NCBI GenBank assembly: GCA_965235115.1
Contig: OZ249436.1
Coordinates: forward strand, 44,084,001 to 44,148,000
Length of the DNA: 64,000 nt
Source of the DNA: Laetmonice hystrix
Taxonomy: Eukaryota
Direction of reading: 5' to 3'
A program made the position numbers and the translations under genes. The notes beneath the pieces were generated by a model. The model ran no database searches. It saw nothing but the letters and a program-made list of their open reading frames with translations, and had not been told where the DNA came from. Shown here in pieces: positions 42,501 through 57,500 of the stretch. Each line of letters starts with the position of its first letter. Position 1 is the first letter of the stretch.

Positions 42501-45500
42501 TGATTATGTAAACATATAGGACCTTTCATTTGACAGATTCCCCACTGCCCCCCCCCCCATTTCCGAAATGCTGGATCCGCCCCTTGGCCTCTAGTAAATC
42601 TAGAGACAGGGTATGCTCTGACAAATAGTATGCTGAGCTCGTATATAACTCCCAATGTTCGTGTGATCATATACTTACTCCTTGTATAGTCGCTCAGGTC
42701 CCTCACTGGAGAAGAACCTTTCAGCCTCAGGGAGGACATCCTGGAGGACATCGATGGAGAAGTTACCGCTCACAGCACCTGACAGCCTGGAGAGACTGCC
42801 GATGTTAGCAGCCAGTCGACTAAAGGCAGTCAGAACCAGGTCCAACCAATTCCCCTCGGCACGGTACTCAGGGATCGTCGACGACAGCTGCGGGAAGAGA
42901 GAGTCAGAGTGAGGAGGGCAGGGAAGGGGTTGCCATCTTACTTGTGTACCTCTCAGTCCCAGGGAGGCAGTCATCATCGACGACAGCTGCGGGACGAGGG
43001 GGTCAGAGTGAGGAGGGCGGGGAAGGGGTTGCCATCTTACTTGTGTACCTCTCAGTCCCATCAGGGAGGCAGTCATCATCGACGACAGCTGCGGGAAGAG
43101 GGAGTCAGAGTGAGGAGGGCAGGGAAGGGGTTGCCATCTTACTTGTGTACCTCTCAGTCCCAGGGAGGCAGTCATCATCGACTACAGCTGCGGGAAGAGG
43201 GAGTCAGAGTGAGGAGGGAAGGGAAGAGGTTGCCACCTTACTTGTATACCTCTCAGTCCCAGGGAGGCAGTCATCATCGACGACAGCTGCGGCAAGAGAG
43301 AGTCAGAGTTAGGAGGGCAGGGAAGGGGTTGCCATCTTACTTGTGTACCTCTCAGTCCCATCAGGGAGGCAGTCATCATCGACGACAGCTGCGGGAAGAG
43401 GGAGTCAGAGTGAGGAGGGCAGGGAAGGGGTTGCCATCTTACTTGTGTACCTCTCAGTCCCATCAGGGAGGCAGTCATCATCGACGACAGCTGCGGGAAG
43501 AGGGAGTCAGAGTGAGGAGGGCAGGGAAGGGGTTGCCATCTTACTTGTGTACCTCTCAGTCCAGGGAGGGAGTTCGAAAGGACGGTGGTAAACAGGCAGC
43601 ATGCGGCGGACCCATTCCTCCAGGGTGTTTTACATTTCTTTCAGATAACAGTTTGCTTCAGGTCGATCGGAGAGTCTCCGGGTACTCCAGTCCCTCTCCC
43701 CTCCCACACACATACACACCATTACTGAATGAACCGCCTTGATATGGTCACTAATCAGGTAATCTTTTTATAAGAGGTATATTTTTATAAGAGGTATATT
43801 TTTATAAGAGGTATATTTTTCAGTCGTTTCTGCGCATTACCTAATTCTTTTTAACACAACCTATAACTCTTAGACGGAATCTAATTGATGTGATTCCGCG
43901 GGATGTCGCGAGGTGGCGCTCCCAGGTTTCCACTTTGGTCGACTCAGTACACCTTGGTCAATATTCACCATGCTTCACCATTAAAACAATGAACTCCTTC
44001 ACAAATATACTTTACTCCAACTCTCTCCATAACCAAGAGCATTGTGAGAGATTTGTATACGGACCTCATAGAGTAGCTTCCTGACGTCCATACTGTCACG
44101 GAGCGCTGCGGCCGTCTCGTTCACCGTCTCCGTACAGAGGGCGCCACTGAGGGCGTTCACGTTGAGACCGAGAGCGGCGGGCAGGGTGACAAACCGGGCC
44201 AAGCGGGTCGAGTTACACAGGATTTTACTGATGTCCGAGTCGCTGGCGTTTAACTCCCGAACCTGGTTACGTACACAAAATAATAAATGTTTACAGCGTC
44301 AGACCCCCACAAACATTATTTGTACACGCCCACAAACATTTGTATAAATGCCTACAACCCGCGTTATACACCCACAAACATTTTTATAATAAAACCCGTT
44401 ATACACCCACAAACATTTGTATAATACAACTGGTAAATACAACCACAAACCTTTGTATAATACAACTGGTAAATACAACCACAAACCTTTGTATAATACA
44501 ACTGGTAAATACAACCACAAACTTTTAAAATTGTACATGTGTCAATCTTCATTCATATTTCAGAGGCCACCAATAAAGAGGAACCCCGCCTTTCATTTGC
44601 CCAAGGTTTATTTGTTTCGGCACTCCCTTTACCAGCAATGTGTTGGGTTAACATACAGAGCTAGGATGTCTTACCGTATCGATGTTAACTGAGGCCTTCA
44701 GTAAGGCGTCTACGATAGTCGGGGCCACCTTGGCCGTCTCCATGATTTGGTTAACAAAGTCTGTCTCATTAAATATCACTTTGCCAAGTCTTGTCGACGC
44801 TGCAAGTATCACATTACATGTAGGACTAGATGAAAACTGAGCTCGTTGAAGCAACAAACAATCTTTTCTCCCCTTTTTCTGTAGATCTACGTGGAAAAGT
44901 CTGTGAATTACTGAACATAATTTACCCAATATCACATCGAAAGAAGCGAGGTATTTGGGAGTCTTGGAGATGATGTAATCTTGCCCCAAAGTAAGAAAAT
45001 TAAAACCCTTACGATAACTCGGCCATACTCGGCTGACCCCTTTTTGTATCTCTGACTGAGAAAGGTTTAAATATAACGTACCCGGCTGTCTTCTGAACAC
45101 GGAATCCATGAGAACATTGACGATGGGACTGAACGCTTCGGCCTGCTCACTGAGAGACGCTGGCACCTGGTCGGTCAGCGTCTCCAGGTCTCTTAACATA
45201 CCCACCAGTCTGGGAGGGTGAAATAATGGATTTTATCGTTATTTCAACATATAACTACCAGTCTGGGAGGGCGAAATAACGGATTTTGTCGTTATTATTT
45301 CAACATATAACTACCAGTCTGGGAGGGCGAAATAACGGATTTTATCGTTATTATTTCAACATATAACTACCAGTCTGGGAGGGCGAAATAATGGATTTTG
45401 TCGTTATTATTTCAACATATAACTGGCAGTCGGGGAGGGCGAAATAATTACTTTTACCCTTATTATCTCCATAGCCACCAGTCGGGGAGGACGCAAATAA

Positions 45501-48500
45501 ATTGATCAACAACAAGGTTTTATGAGAACACTGATAAATAATACAACTCATCTCACCCGTTGATATCGGCTACAAGTGGCAGTTCTATGTCCGACATGTT
45601 GGCCAAACACTGCAGGCTGCCTACCACCAGGGCTGGTAGTGTCGCCACTGTCGCTCCGGTCGTCTGCCACCATTTTCCCGCGCTTTCCACAAGGTTGTCA
45701 CAATTTGCGCTTGGGTGGGGTGCACCTCTCACCAGCTAACGTGGACATAATTCGTCAGATTATTATAAATCCATTAATTTCATTTTCATTTTCAAAACTA
45801 ATAGAATATTCTGATATTCAACACATCAATTGGGCGTAGAGGATCTACATAGCAAAAGGTAAGGTAAAATTTGTTAACTTACAATAGGGCCTAGAGTATA
45901 TATGTCCTTATATTACAAGACAGAAGACGGCTATCTGATCACTTACATCAAACAATGTGTTTGTCACTCCCGTCTTGTTGATCCGTTGATAGAACTGGGT
46001 CAAGTTCAATTTGTCAAGGTCACACACCGTCCTCTCTATCTCTGACGTAGGACACAACATGACGTCATGACACAATATTTCTGGGGAGAAACCTGGGTGG
46101 CGGGTATGGGTACTCATACCCGCCAGACGGGTATGGGGTACTCATACCCGCCAGACTTTATTTGAAAGGAAATATAACATATAACCTTCCCAACGTCAAT
46201 ATATGAGCTCCGGGAAGGTGTTGAATCTGTATATATATGTCCAACATATATCGCCCTTGGCGCCAACTACCTTTCCATGCCTCTTTAGACAATCTATTGC
46301 AGCAAAGATGAAGGTGATGATAACGACAACCAATAGTTTTAAAATGTTCCCATACCTGGAAGGGCGGACACAAGGTTCGTCACCTTGGTCATATAGAAGT
46401 CGGTTTCTTCGACAACTACCTTCATCATGGTATCATCGAGGAAAGCGCCCATCATAACCTCTGCCATACTACACGTCTGGACCTTCCTGGAGAGAAACGG
46501 CAGGAAACCGGACTAGAAGGGCGATCGAAGGTCTGCGCATTGACTTCTTAAATCACGATCGGGATCATTTGGTTGTAAAGTTATGAATTTATCAATAAGA
46601 AAACGTACCCCTTTTGTTCGTTACCATAGAGAACCGATATAAGGTTCTCAGTGGGTTGAACCCATCGCTGGATCTGGTCAGTGTGGTCCGACTTGATACC
46701 GTTCAGGGTGGCCATGTTCTGGATAAACCGGTTCAAACCGGTTAGAGCTGCCTGCATCCGCCTCGAGGTGTACTCCCGACTGGGGTCGAAACCAGTCTGC
46801 TGCTCCATCTGTGGGACGGAGTGAGGACGTTTAGATTGGAAAAAAATATATAGGGGGGTGGGGCTATGGCGGAAAAATGCTTCCATAGTGGTTCATATTT
46901 GAACGGCTCAAACGTCACAGGTCTGGCGTCGTACTGCCTCATTTGAAGCATGGTGGATCTTTCCTTGATATCACTATTCAGTTAATGAATTACGAGTTGA
47001 CATTTTATCCATTCGTTATTAACTCTTTCCTCTCCTCTTCTTGCCTTGGAGGTGGTGAGTGAAGTTATGAGAATCTGACACTGAGTTTATGACGTTATTC
47101 TCTCACAAACCACACCAAAGATTCTGCAGTTCATTTCTTCATTAATTCTTTTTTCATTTTTATATATCAACAGATATTCGCCTTTCGCCGGCCGCTAGCC
47201 CTACCTGTTTGATTAAGTATGAGATGTTGAATGTGTTGACCAGCTTTCACCGGCCGCTAGCCCTACCTGTTTGATTAAGTATGAGATGTTGAATGTGTTG
47301 ACCAGCTTTCACCGGCCGCTAGGCCTACCTGTTTGATTAAGTATGAGATGTTGAATGTGTTGACCAGCTTTCACCGGCCGCTAGGCCTACCTGTTTGATT
47401 AAGTATGAGATGTTGAATGTGTTGACCAGCTGTCGTAGAAGTGATGAGTTGTTCCGGAGGGCCTGACACAGCTCCCTCTGGAGGCGGGTGGAGTTAGTTC
47501 CGGGCAGGATGACGAACGCCGTGTAAAACATATCCGGGTCACATAGCTGGTCCACTGCCGATCCGTTCACTATGGACAGAACCTAGAACACAAACAACAC
47601 CTCTTTACATTAACAATAACAAATATACCATTTCAACCCGTACCTCGGGAATAATTGGAAGAAACAGAAAAATGATAACAGCTTATCACCAGCTATGAGG
47701 ACTTACTTTGTCCGGGTGTAGATACACGGATATAGAAACAACGAGGGGGCTATGAGGGCTTACTTTGTCCGGGTGTATGACTTACTTTGTCCGGGTGTAT
47801 GACTTACTTTGTCCGGGTGTATGACTTACTTTGTCCGGGTGTATGACTTACTTTGTCCGGGTGTATGACTTACTTTGTCCGGGTGTATGACTTACTTTGT
47901 CCGGGTGTATGACTTACTTTGTCCGGGTGTATGACTTACTTTGTCCGGGTGTATGGCAGCACTCATCAGTTCACCGATTCCTGCTGGACTCAATATTTGC
48001 TCAGTCAGCTGTCGGAACTCCTTGGACTCTGGCAGTAATTTCACAATATCGATGGTCATGTTGGAATCTGGAGAGAGAAAAATACCATTATCCATAAACC
48101 TACTAACAATAATGTACATTCATCCATGCGTGCCATGTTATGTACATTCATCCATGCGTGCCATGTTACAAAAATTGAAGCAATTCTTAGCATAATGATT
48201 GTACTTCAGGAATATGAGGACCGTTAAGTCATTAATCTATTGAATGGACCTAAGTTAGAATCAGTGTTGAATGTTACGGACGGGCCAATGTCATACCTGT
48301 AATTCTATCCATCATGACGCTGACATACTCCAGGTAGGAGGAGGACAGGTGTGTCAGCTCCTCCAGTTTCCTCCAGCCGGGATCGTGACGGAGCAGTGAA
48401 CCCAGGCTTTCAATGTGGTACAGGAGTCTGTCAGGCGAGAAACAGGCGAATGTTAATATAACAATCTGTTTGTGACCTTTAAATGTTTTTGATAGATTCC

Positions 48501-51500
48501 TTATTGTTTTGATCAAGTGTGCATGTCTTAACTGACAACTGGGTTAAACTGACAGCAGTTGTCATTCTAGATCCAAGTCTAACCTGACAAAATAATGATC
48601 ACTAGTGCTGGAATGATAATCACTAAGACTTTCATCTAATACTTGCATACTTTCATCTAAGATCGAAACAAAACGTTTCTAAAATTACAGTTTTCAAAGA
48701 AACTAAATTAACAAATAATGAAATAGAACTAATATTGCTACCGCCAAAATCCATACTCTTGGCTGAGTATACCCCCGGTAACAAACAAACTCTCAGAACC
48801 TAAACTTACAATGGGAGAGACTCTGTGAGCAGGCTGTTATTAGATTGAGCGATGAAAGCCAACGAGTTGTTCAGCCCGGGCAGACCCAGATCTTTACCGG
48901 CCAGTTGTTCAACTAATGACATCATCTGACGGACAGTCGTTTGGACGTCCGTGAGGTTGACAGTCCTGGCTGGGTCCATGGTCGTCAGGAGGTGGGTGAC
49001 GTTAGGACGTACTCCGTACACGTTAGGTTCCAGTTGTACCAGCTGGCAGACAGAGTTAGTCAGAGTTTGCGGTTTTATATCGGTAACTAAGGTCACCTTC
49101 ACGGCGTAAACAGGGTGAGACCAATTATAGCGAGCGGGAACTAATTCAACGGTCCCCTAGGAGAACTGACGGGTAGGCCTATCGTCATTGACATCTCTCT
49201 TCTTGTGTTTGTGAACTATGAGGTCTCATAATCTCGAGATCTAAGATATATTTAGAAATATCTGGTCATCCAGTCAGTCTGGCATGTCCTATTTGTAATA
49301 GGCTACAGGGCGACAATGAAATCACTACACTGTATATTTGAAAAGGAATATTGGGCCCCTGGTTGTTATTGTGAGAACACCCTTCCTTACCTTGTCAGTG
49401 ATTTCACCGATAGTTGAAGGTTGTATTCCTGCTTCCTTCAGAATGCCGTACCATTGACTTCCTGCACGTCCACAGAGAAGTGACGTCACAAACGAGGCGT
49501 CCATCTGACCACCCTCCCGGCGGAGGTGGTCACGGAGAGCACCTTGAAGTGCACTCGTATTGCAGAGAAGGCGCTGGATTCCGAGCAGCTCCGAGAGCTT
49601 CTGCAGCTGAAGTAACACATGGTTGTATTTACCCTCCATGCCGAAGACAAGGAATGTTAACTTACACCTATACTACCCGTACATTTCTCACACCAATAGC
49701 GATTATTCTGCTCCGAGCTGTGATAAAAGGAAGCCGATCCCTTGGTTCCTGGGAAGTGAGCTCACCTTTGGCCCGTCAAATAGAGTGGCCCGGAGGGTTT
49801 CCTGTACACGCAGGAAGGACGCGTTCAGGTGTCGTGTGACGTCCTTGACGGCCGCCGAATCCGTCATCAGACGATCTAACGTCACGTCAGCATCTGTATG
49901 ACGTCACAACAATTACAACTCTGACTTTGAACGTCACGCCATTATAACGTGTGACGTCAGCATCTGTATGACGTCATAACAACTTACTGTGAATGTCACG
50001 CCATTATAACGTGTGACGTCAGCATCTGTATGAACAACTTACTTTGAATGTCACGCCATTATAACGTGTGACGTCAGCATCTGTATGACGTCATAACAAC
50101 TTACTTTGAACGTCACGCCTTTATAACGTGTGACGTCAGCATCTGTATGACGTCATAACAACTTACACTGAACGTCATGCCATTATAAAGTGTGAAGTGA
50201 CAACGCACATTGGCGCCTCACGGGTTTGATTTTCGATCTTGGTGAATGCAAACGGTAATCTACTCAATATCCCCATTAGAACAATTCTACACGATCTGAA
50301 GTTTTGTTTCCAGGAATGCACACAGTAGACCCTACATGTATTCTGACTTTGTAATGTATGCCAATTACTCTAGTTATCTGTCAAGTTTCATTCAACATCA
50401 GGATTAGGAGATGACTGGTAAAATAAGTGCTATAGAACCAACAACATTTCTTTATTTCTATAAGTGATTTCCTGTGACGTATACTCTGTATGTTTTCCCG
50501 GTCTAACTGTTCATTTATTCCAGCCTAAGATATTAAAAACATCCCTCTAAATCTCTCACCTCGCAAGAACATGAGCTGTTGGTTGGCCCAGGTGAGAAAC
50601 TCAGTACCAAGGTAGACACCTCCCTGTAGCTCTCTGGACTGCGCTACCAAACCATCTAGGCTTAGGAGAGCCTGCCAAAGCCTGATGGTAAAAACAAAGA
50701 TCGGTCAAGAAAAAGACTGCATGGAGAAAAGGTGAGGAACTGGGAACAAAGTAATTTAACTTTAATTACATAATAAATCACAACGTTAACAAAAATCATG
50801 GCCTAGAACAACGGCAGAATTGAGGGGAATACTACGACAGCCAGTTTACTTTAACCGTCAAATATCGGGACATTTATATATATATCTTCAGTAGTAAGAA
50901 GAGCTCTTATATGCCTTTATACATCCCTCTTGGGCATTTTTTCTCGCTAACAGAAGTTTAAGTCTCCCAAACCATGCCTGCAGGCTAGTGCCTACATATT
51001 TTGTTACGGTGCATCTACCGCAGCGATACCACATGGTAATATTCGGTATCAATGAGTAAGAAACACTGTGGCTCCACCTACTGGTTATCTAGCTGCTGTC
51101 GGAAGATGTTCTCCACCAGAGGGCCAAGTCTGGCCACATTGAACGCTTTCTGCACGTCCAGGCCAAGCTGTGGTGGGGTTTCTACCAGTTTTACTATCAG
51201 TTGTATGTACTGTCGAAGGTCGTCAGAGACCGAGACCCTGGCCAGGGAAGCCAACACGTCCTCAGGAGTTACGTCAGGGATAGTCTGAGAAAACCGGTGG
51301 CAAACACTCATGAAATATCCAGGTGTCCCAAGAAACAGATCTTTTTAAATGTGAGAAAATTCGGATATCATTAACTGTTACAAATCAGAGAGACCATGGT
51401 ATCAAACTGGTAATTATAGGGCCGTAAGCGACCGTAGGCCTAATATGGAAGAAGGTGCAGGACACAGCGGGGTACCGAGTCTAGGGAGGTCTGGGGGCAT

Positions 51501-54500
51501 AACACAGAAATTTTTCTCTGACCTAACTGGTCCAGAACAAGAGGAAGCGTCTGCCTCAGCCCAGCCAGGGTCCTGGATAAAGACCTTTAGTAACATGATG
51601 TTTAAACTCACCATCACGAAGCTGTCGAGAGCAATGAGTCTGACCATCTCCTGGGAGAGAACAGTGAAGTTTACTGTCTGACATAGGTTGCCATGGAGAC
51701 GAACCAGGTTCGGGTATGACCCCGGAGGTAGAACGAGAACTTCCGGTAATGTCGCGTCACACATGACCGCCCGGATGTCGTCACTGGTTGTCAATTCATT
51801 CACCTAGACAAGTGTACAAAAAGCGTTTTACGTTCTCAAATAAACTCGATGAGATTCCATTTATCAGAGAATGTACATGTATTTCATGCATGAACTAGGC
51901 TCTGTAGAGGTCGATTCTAATGGTGTGTGACCTCAGAGTTTTTAACGGATCCTAGTACAAGATTGGTAGGACATGTCCTCTGTTAATATTGTGTGTGACC
52001 TCAGAGTTTTTAACGGATCCTAGTACAAGATTGGTAGGATATGTCCTATGTTAAATGTGGATACCTTGTTAGATCGAAGAGAAGACTTCATGAGGGCCTC
52101 GATGTCCTGGTCCGTAAGATTTCCAAACGCTCTCAAAACTGTCTTCAGCGTCTCAGCGTCCACTAAAAGGTCATTCAGTGACACATTTCCACCTGAAAAA
52201 TAGGCTTATTTCAAATACCAACTGACCAATGGTTTTCTACCATTCATAGAACTGGCCTATCTATGATAACGCCTGCTCTCTTAATTTCTACACTGTTCAG
52301 GGCCAGGTTTCAGAAAGGTTAGCATGATCTTAACTTAAGCTCTGCTTAGCCTTTTAGGACCCCTGATTGGTTGGTCATCTGCTGCTCAGCTTCAACCAGC
52401 CAATCAGGGGTCCTAAAAGGCTAAGCAGAGCTTAAGTTAAGATCATGCTAACCTTTCTGAAACCGGGCCCTGAAGTCTTGGACCCTGATATGTGGAGGAT
52501 GATATTTATTAAACATTATGAAGGTCATGTCATAACATTAGCCCTGGGTGTACTTACTGGTCAGTGGTTTAATTCTTGATGACAACAGTTTCGTTATGGT
52601 AGACGCTGCGTCCACCAACTGTGGGTTTGTCTCCTTCAAAAACTCCTGCACTGAGTTCAACGTCACGCTTACTCTGCAAGATGTTAGAAATATTTAAAAA
52701 AAGTGTAGAAGATATTAACCAAATGGTGCAACATCACATAAGGGAAGACCAAAAAGCCTTCTACCATATATTATTGTGTGTATTGACGATTTCATAAGCA
52801 ATATTATGATTGTGTAACATCTTAAAAACAATGTGAAAAACATACATATTGTAAACGTCCTGAAGTTGCATTTCCGACGGCGCCATGACCGAACCGAGAC
52901 GGTCGATCCAGGAGCTAAGGTTGCCATGGTAACCAAAGAATCGTGTCACTGAAAGCCGTGGTGTAACGTTCACCCCTGCGACCCGCTGCAGCGTGGCAAG
53001 GTTGAGGAGGTAGGACGTCCAATTGAACGTACGAACGCCGTCCGTCACGTTAGGGGACGCAGCCAAGAACGACACCTAGTGGCGGCAGGTGGAATCATGG
53101 GGGTAAAAATGGGAACATATGGGAAACCAGACAGCTTCTTTTGGGGCAAATACACCACACGTTAGACTTTAAAGTAATTTCCCTAATTGATAACTCTGTC
53201 AGGAGATAATTGGAATTCTTGTTTTACCGTCCGTTTGTTAGAACTCCGACAGTCAGACTGGTAGCGCCACCTGTCGGCCATGTCGTGAGGCTGGATACAT
53301 AGATTTAGATTTATCGCTGATAATTCTTCCTACCTCAGCCACCAGTTTATCCCAGTCAATGATATCCTTGAGTTCCATCTCCATGACGTCATAATCAGAG
53401 TGACAGAGCAGCTGACGTAAGCGTGTTACGTCAACCTGCGCCGGGTACTGGATGACATCACACAGCACCGTCTGAATGTCGGCATCGGGTGACATCAGGC
53501 TACCAACCTGGGTTAGGGATGGAATCAAGGTTTATATCAAGTGACATCAGGCTACCAACCTGGGTTAGGGATGGAATCAAGGTTTATATCGGGTGACATC
53601 AGGCTACCAACCTGGGTTAGGGATGGAATCAAGGTTTATATCGGGTGACATCAGGCTACCAACCTGGGTTAGGGATGGAATCAAGGTTTATATCGGGTGA
53701 CATCAGGCTACCAACCTGGGTTAGGGATGGAATCAAGGTTTATATCGGGTGTCATCAGGCTACCATGGGTTAGGGATGGAATCAAGGTTTATATCGGGTG
53801 ACATCAGGCTACCAACCTGGGTTAGGGATGGAATCAAGGTTTATATCGGGTGACATCAGGCTACCATGGGTTAGGGATGGAATCAAGGTTCATATCGGGT
53901 GACATCAGGCTACCAACCTGGGTTAGGGAGGGAATCAAGGTTTATATCGGGTGACATCAGGCTACCAACCTGGGTTAGGGATGGAATCAAGGTTCATATC
54001 GGGTGACATCAGGCTACCAACCTGGGTTAGGGATGGAATCAAGGTTTATATCGGGTGACATCAGGCTACCATGGGTTAGGGATGGAATCAAGGTTTATAT
54101 CGGGTGACATCAGGCTACCATGGGTTAGGGATGGAATCAAGGTTTATATCGGGTGACATCAGGCTACCAACCTGGGTTTGGGATGGAATCAAGGTTTATA
54201 TCGGGTGACATTAGGCTACCATGGGTTAGGGATGGAATCAAGGTTTATATCGGGTGACATCAGGCTACCAACCTGGGTTAGGGATGGAATCAAGGTTTAT
54301 ATCGGGTGACATCAGGCTACCATGGGTTAGGGATGGAATCAAGGTTTATATCGGGTGACATCAGGCTACCAACCTGGGTTAGGGATGGAATCAAGGTTTA
54401 TATCGGGTGACATCAGGCTACCAACCTGGGTTAGGGATGGAATCAAGGTTTATATCGGGTGACATCAGGCTACCAACCTGGGTTAGGGATGGAATCAAGG

Positions 54501-57500
54501 TTTATATCGGGTGACATCAGGCTACCATGGGTTAGGGATGGAATCAAGGTTTATATCGGGTGACATCAGGCTACCATGGGTTAGGGATGGAATCAAGGTT
54601 TATATCAAGTGACATCAGGCTACCAACCTGGGTTAGGGATGGAATCAAGGTTTATATCGGGTGACATCAGGCTACCATGGGTTAGGGATGGAATCAAGGT
54701 TTATATCGGGTGACATCAGGCTACCATGGGTTAGGGATGGAATCAAGGTTTATATCGGGTGACATCAGGCTACCATGGGTTAGGGATGGAATCAAGGTTT
54801 ATATCAGGTGACATCAGGCTACCATGGGTTAGGGATGGAATCAAGGTATCGGATGACATCAGGCTACCATGGGTTAGGGATGGAATCAAGGTATCGGGTG
54901 ACATCAGGCTACCATGGGTTAGGGATGGAATCAAGGTTTATATCGGGTGACATCAGGCTACCAACCTGGGTTAGGGATGGAATCAAGGTTTATATCGGGT
55001 GACATCAGGCTACCATGGGTTAGGGATGGAATCAAGGTTTATATCGGGTGACATCAGGCTACTAACCTGGGTTAGGGATGGAATCAAGGTTTATATCGGG
55101 TGACATCAGGCTACTAACCTGGGTTAGGGATGGAATCAAGGTTTATATCGGGTGACATCAGGCTACCATGGGTTAGGGATGGAATCAAGGTTTATATCGG
55201 GTGACATCAGGCTACCATGGGTTAGGGATGGAATCAAGGTTTATATCGGGTGACATCAGGCTACCATGGGTTAGGGATGGAATCAAGGTTTATATCGGGT
55301 GACATCAGGCTACCATGGGTTAGGGATGGAATCAAGGTTTATATCGGGTGACATCAGGCTACTAACCTGGGTTAGGGATGGAATCAAGGTTTATATCGGG
55401 TGACATCAGGCTACCATGGGTTAGGGATGGAATCAAGGTTTATATCGGGTGACATCAGGCTACCATGGGTTAGGGATGGAATCAAGGTTTATATCGGGTG
55501 ACATCAGGCTACTAACCTGGGTTAGGGATGGAATCAAGGTTTATATCGGGTGTCATCAGGCTACCATGGGTTAGGGATGGAATCAAGGTTTATATCGGGT
55601 GACATCAGGCTACCATGGGTTAGGGATGGAATCAAGGTTTATATCGGGTGACATCAGGCTACCAACCTGGGTTAGGGATGGAATCAAGGTTTATATCGGG
55701 TGACATCAGGCTACCAACCTGTGTTAGGGATGGAATCAAGGTTTATATCGGGTGACATCAGGCTACCATGGGTTAGGGATGGAATCAAGGTTTATATCGG
55801 GTGACATCAGGCTACCATGGGTTAGGGATGGAATCAAGGTTTATATCGGGTGACATCAGGCTACCAACCTGGGTTAGGGATGGAATCAAGGTTTATATCG
55901 GGTGCATCAGGCTACCAACCTGGGTTAGGGATGGAATCAAGGTTTATATCGGGTGACATCAGGCTACCAACCTGGGTTAGGGATGGAATCAAGGTTTATA
56001 TCGGGTGTCATCAGGCTACCAACCTGGGTTAGGGATGGAATCAAGGTTTATATCGGGTGACATCAGGCTACCATGGGTTAGGGATGGAATCAAGGTTTAT
56101 ATCGGGTGACATCAGGCTACCATGGGTTAGGGATGGAATCAAGGTTTATATCGGGTGACATCAGGCTACCATGGGTTAGGGATGGAATCAAGGTTTATAT
56201 CGGGTGACATCAGGCTACCATGGGTTAGGGATAGAATCAAGGTATCGGATGACATCAGAGTGAGTTTACCTTGGTGAGATTGAGTTGGGCTGCTGTAATT
56301 GTGGCGATAATGTCGGGAGTTAGGGCGAATGTCTCACTCAGGTAGTTAGCCAGTTTCAATTCACTCTGCAGTATGCTTGCCAAGGACACATTTCCTGCAA
56401 TGAAAATATATCGCTTTTGTTAATGTAAATACAAACTATGTATAGAACACAAAGTAATAAAGGGTTCGTCTTTCTTCATTCTCTCACGTTATACATTATA
56501 TAGCATAATCTTAAAAACTGATCTATTGTGAAAATTACGCTGATATTTGCACTCACAGACCATAAACTTCCACTGAACTCATCATGTTTGTGAAGCAGTA
56601 TACATTTTGGTCAGTGGTGCCTGTACATCCCTTTTTTCTGTGCTCAATGCTGAATTCTACGGTCTGATCTCAACGAAAGGGATAGCGTCTATGGTGTACT
56701 GTTGGCCCACTCAACTCAACCAGGAGGTCTGGGGCCATTTCACCAGAAAATCTAAATTTTCCAAAGTGAGCTGTTAGGTATTTAAACCTCCAGCCCCGCT
56801 GGATCCGATACTGTAGTTTTACTGAGACAGTACCTGTGAGCTGAGAGGTGCGGTCTGTGAGGGTTGTGACCAGCATACAGTACCTGTGAGCTGAGAGGTG
56901 CGGTCTGTGAGGGTTGTGACCAGCATACAGTACCTGTGAGCTGAGAGGTGCGCTGTGTGAGGGTTGTGACCAGCATACAGTACCTGTGAGCTGAGAGGTG
57001 CGGTCTGTGAGGGTTGTGACCAGCATACAGTACCCTACCTGTGAGCCGAGAGGTGCGGTCTGTGAGGGTTGTGACCAGCATACAGTACCTGTGAGTTGAG
57101 AGGTGCGGTCTGTCAGGGTTGTGACCAGCATACAGTACCTGTGAGCTGAGAGGTGCGGTCTGTCAGGGTTGTGACCAGCATACAGTACCTGTGAGCCGAG
57201 AGGTGCGGTCTGTGAGGGTTGTGACCAGCATACAGTACCTGTGAGCTGAGAGGTGCGGTCTGTGAGGGTTGTGACCAGCATACAGTACCTGTGAGCCGAG
57301 AGGTGCGGTCTGTCAGGGTTGTGACCAGCATACAGTACCTGTGAGCTGAGAGGTGGGGTCTGTGAGTGTTGTGACCAGCATACAGTACCTGTGAGCTGAG
57401 AGGTGCGGTCTGTGACGGCTGTGACCAGCATACAGTACCTGTGAGCTGAGAGGTGCGGTCTGTGACGGTTGTGACCGGCATACAGTACCTGTGAGCTGAG

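Noticed and set aside
44800..45081. Open frame across this intron (ORF 44648-45205) suggesting one long exon
   Set aside because: Good GT/AG sites give exon sizes and phases matching the other modules; retention is possible but unsupported.
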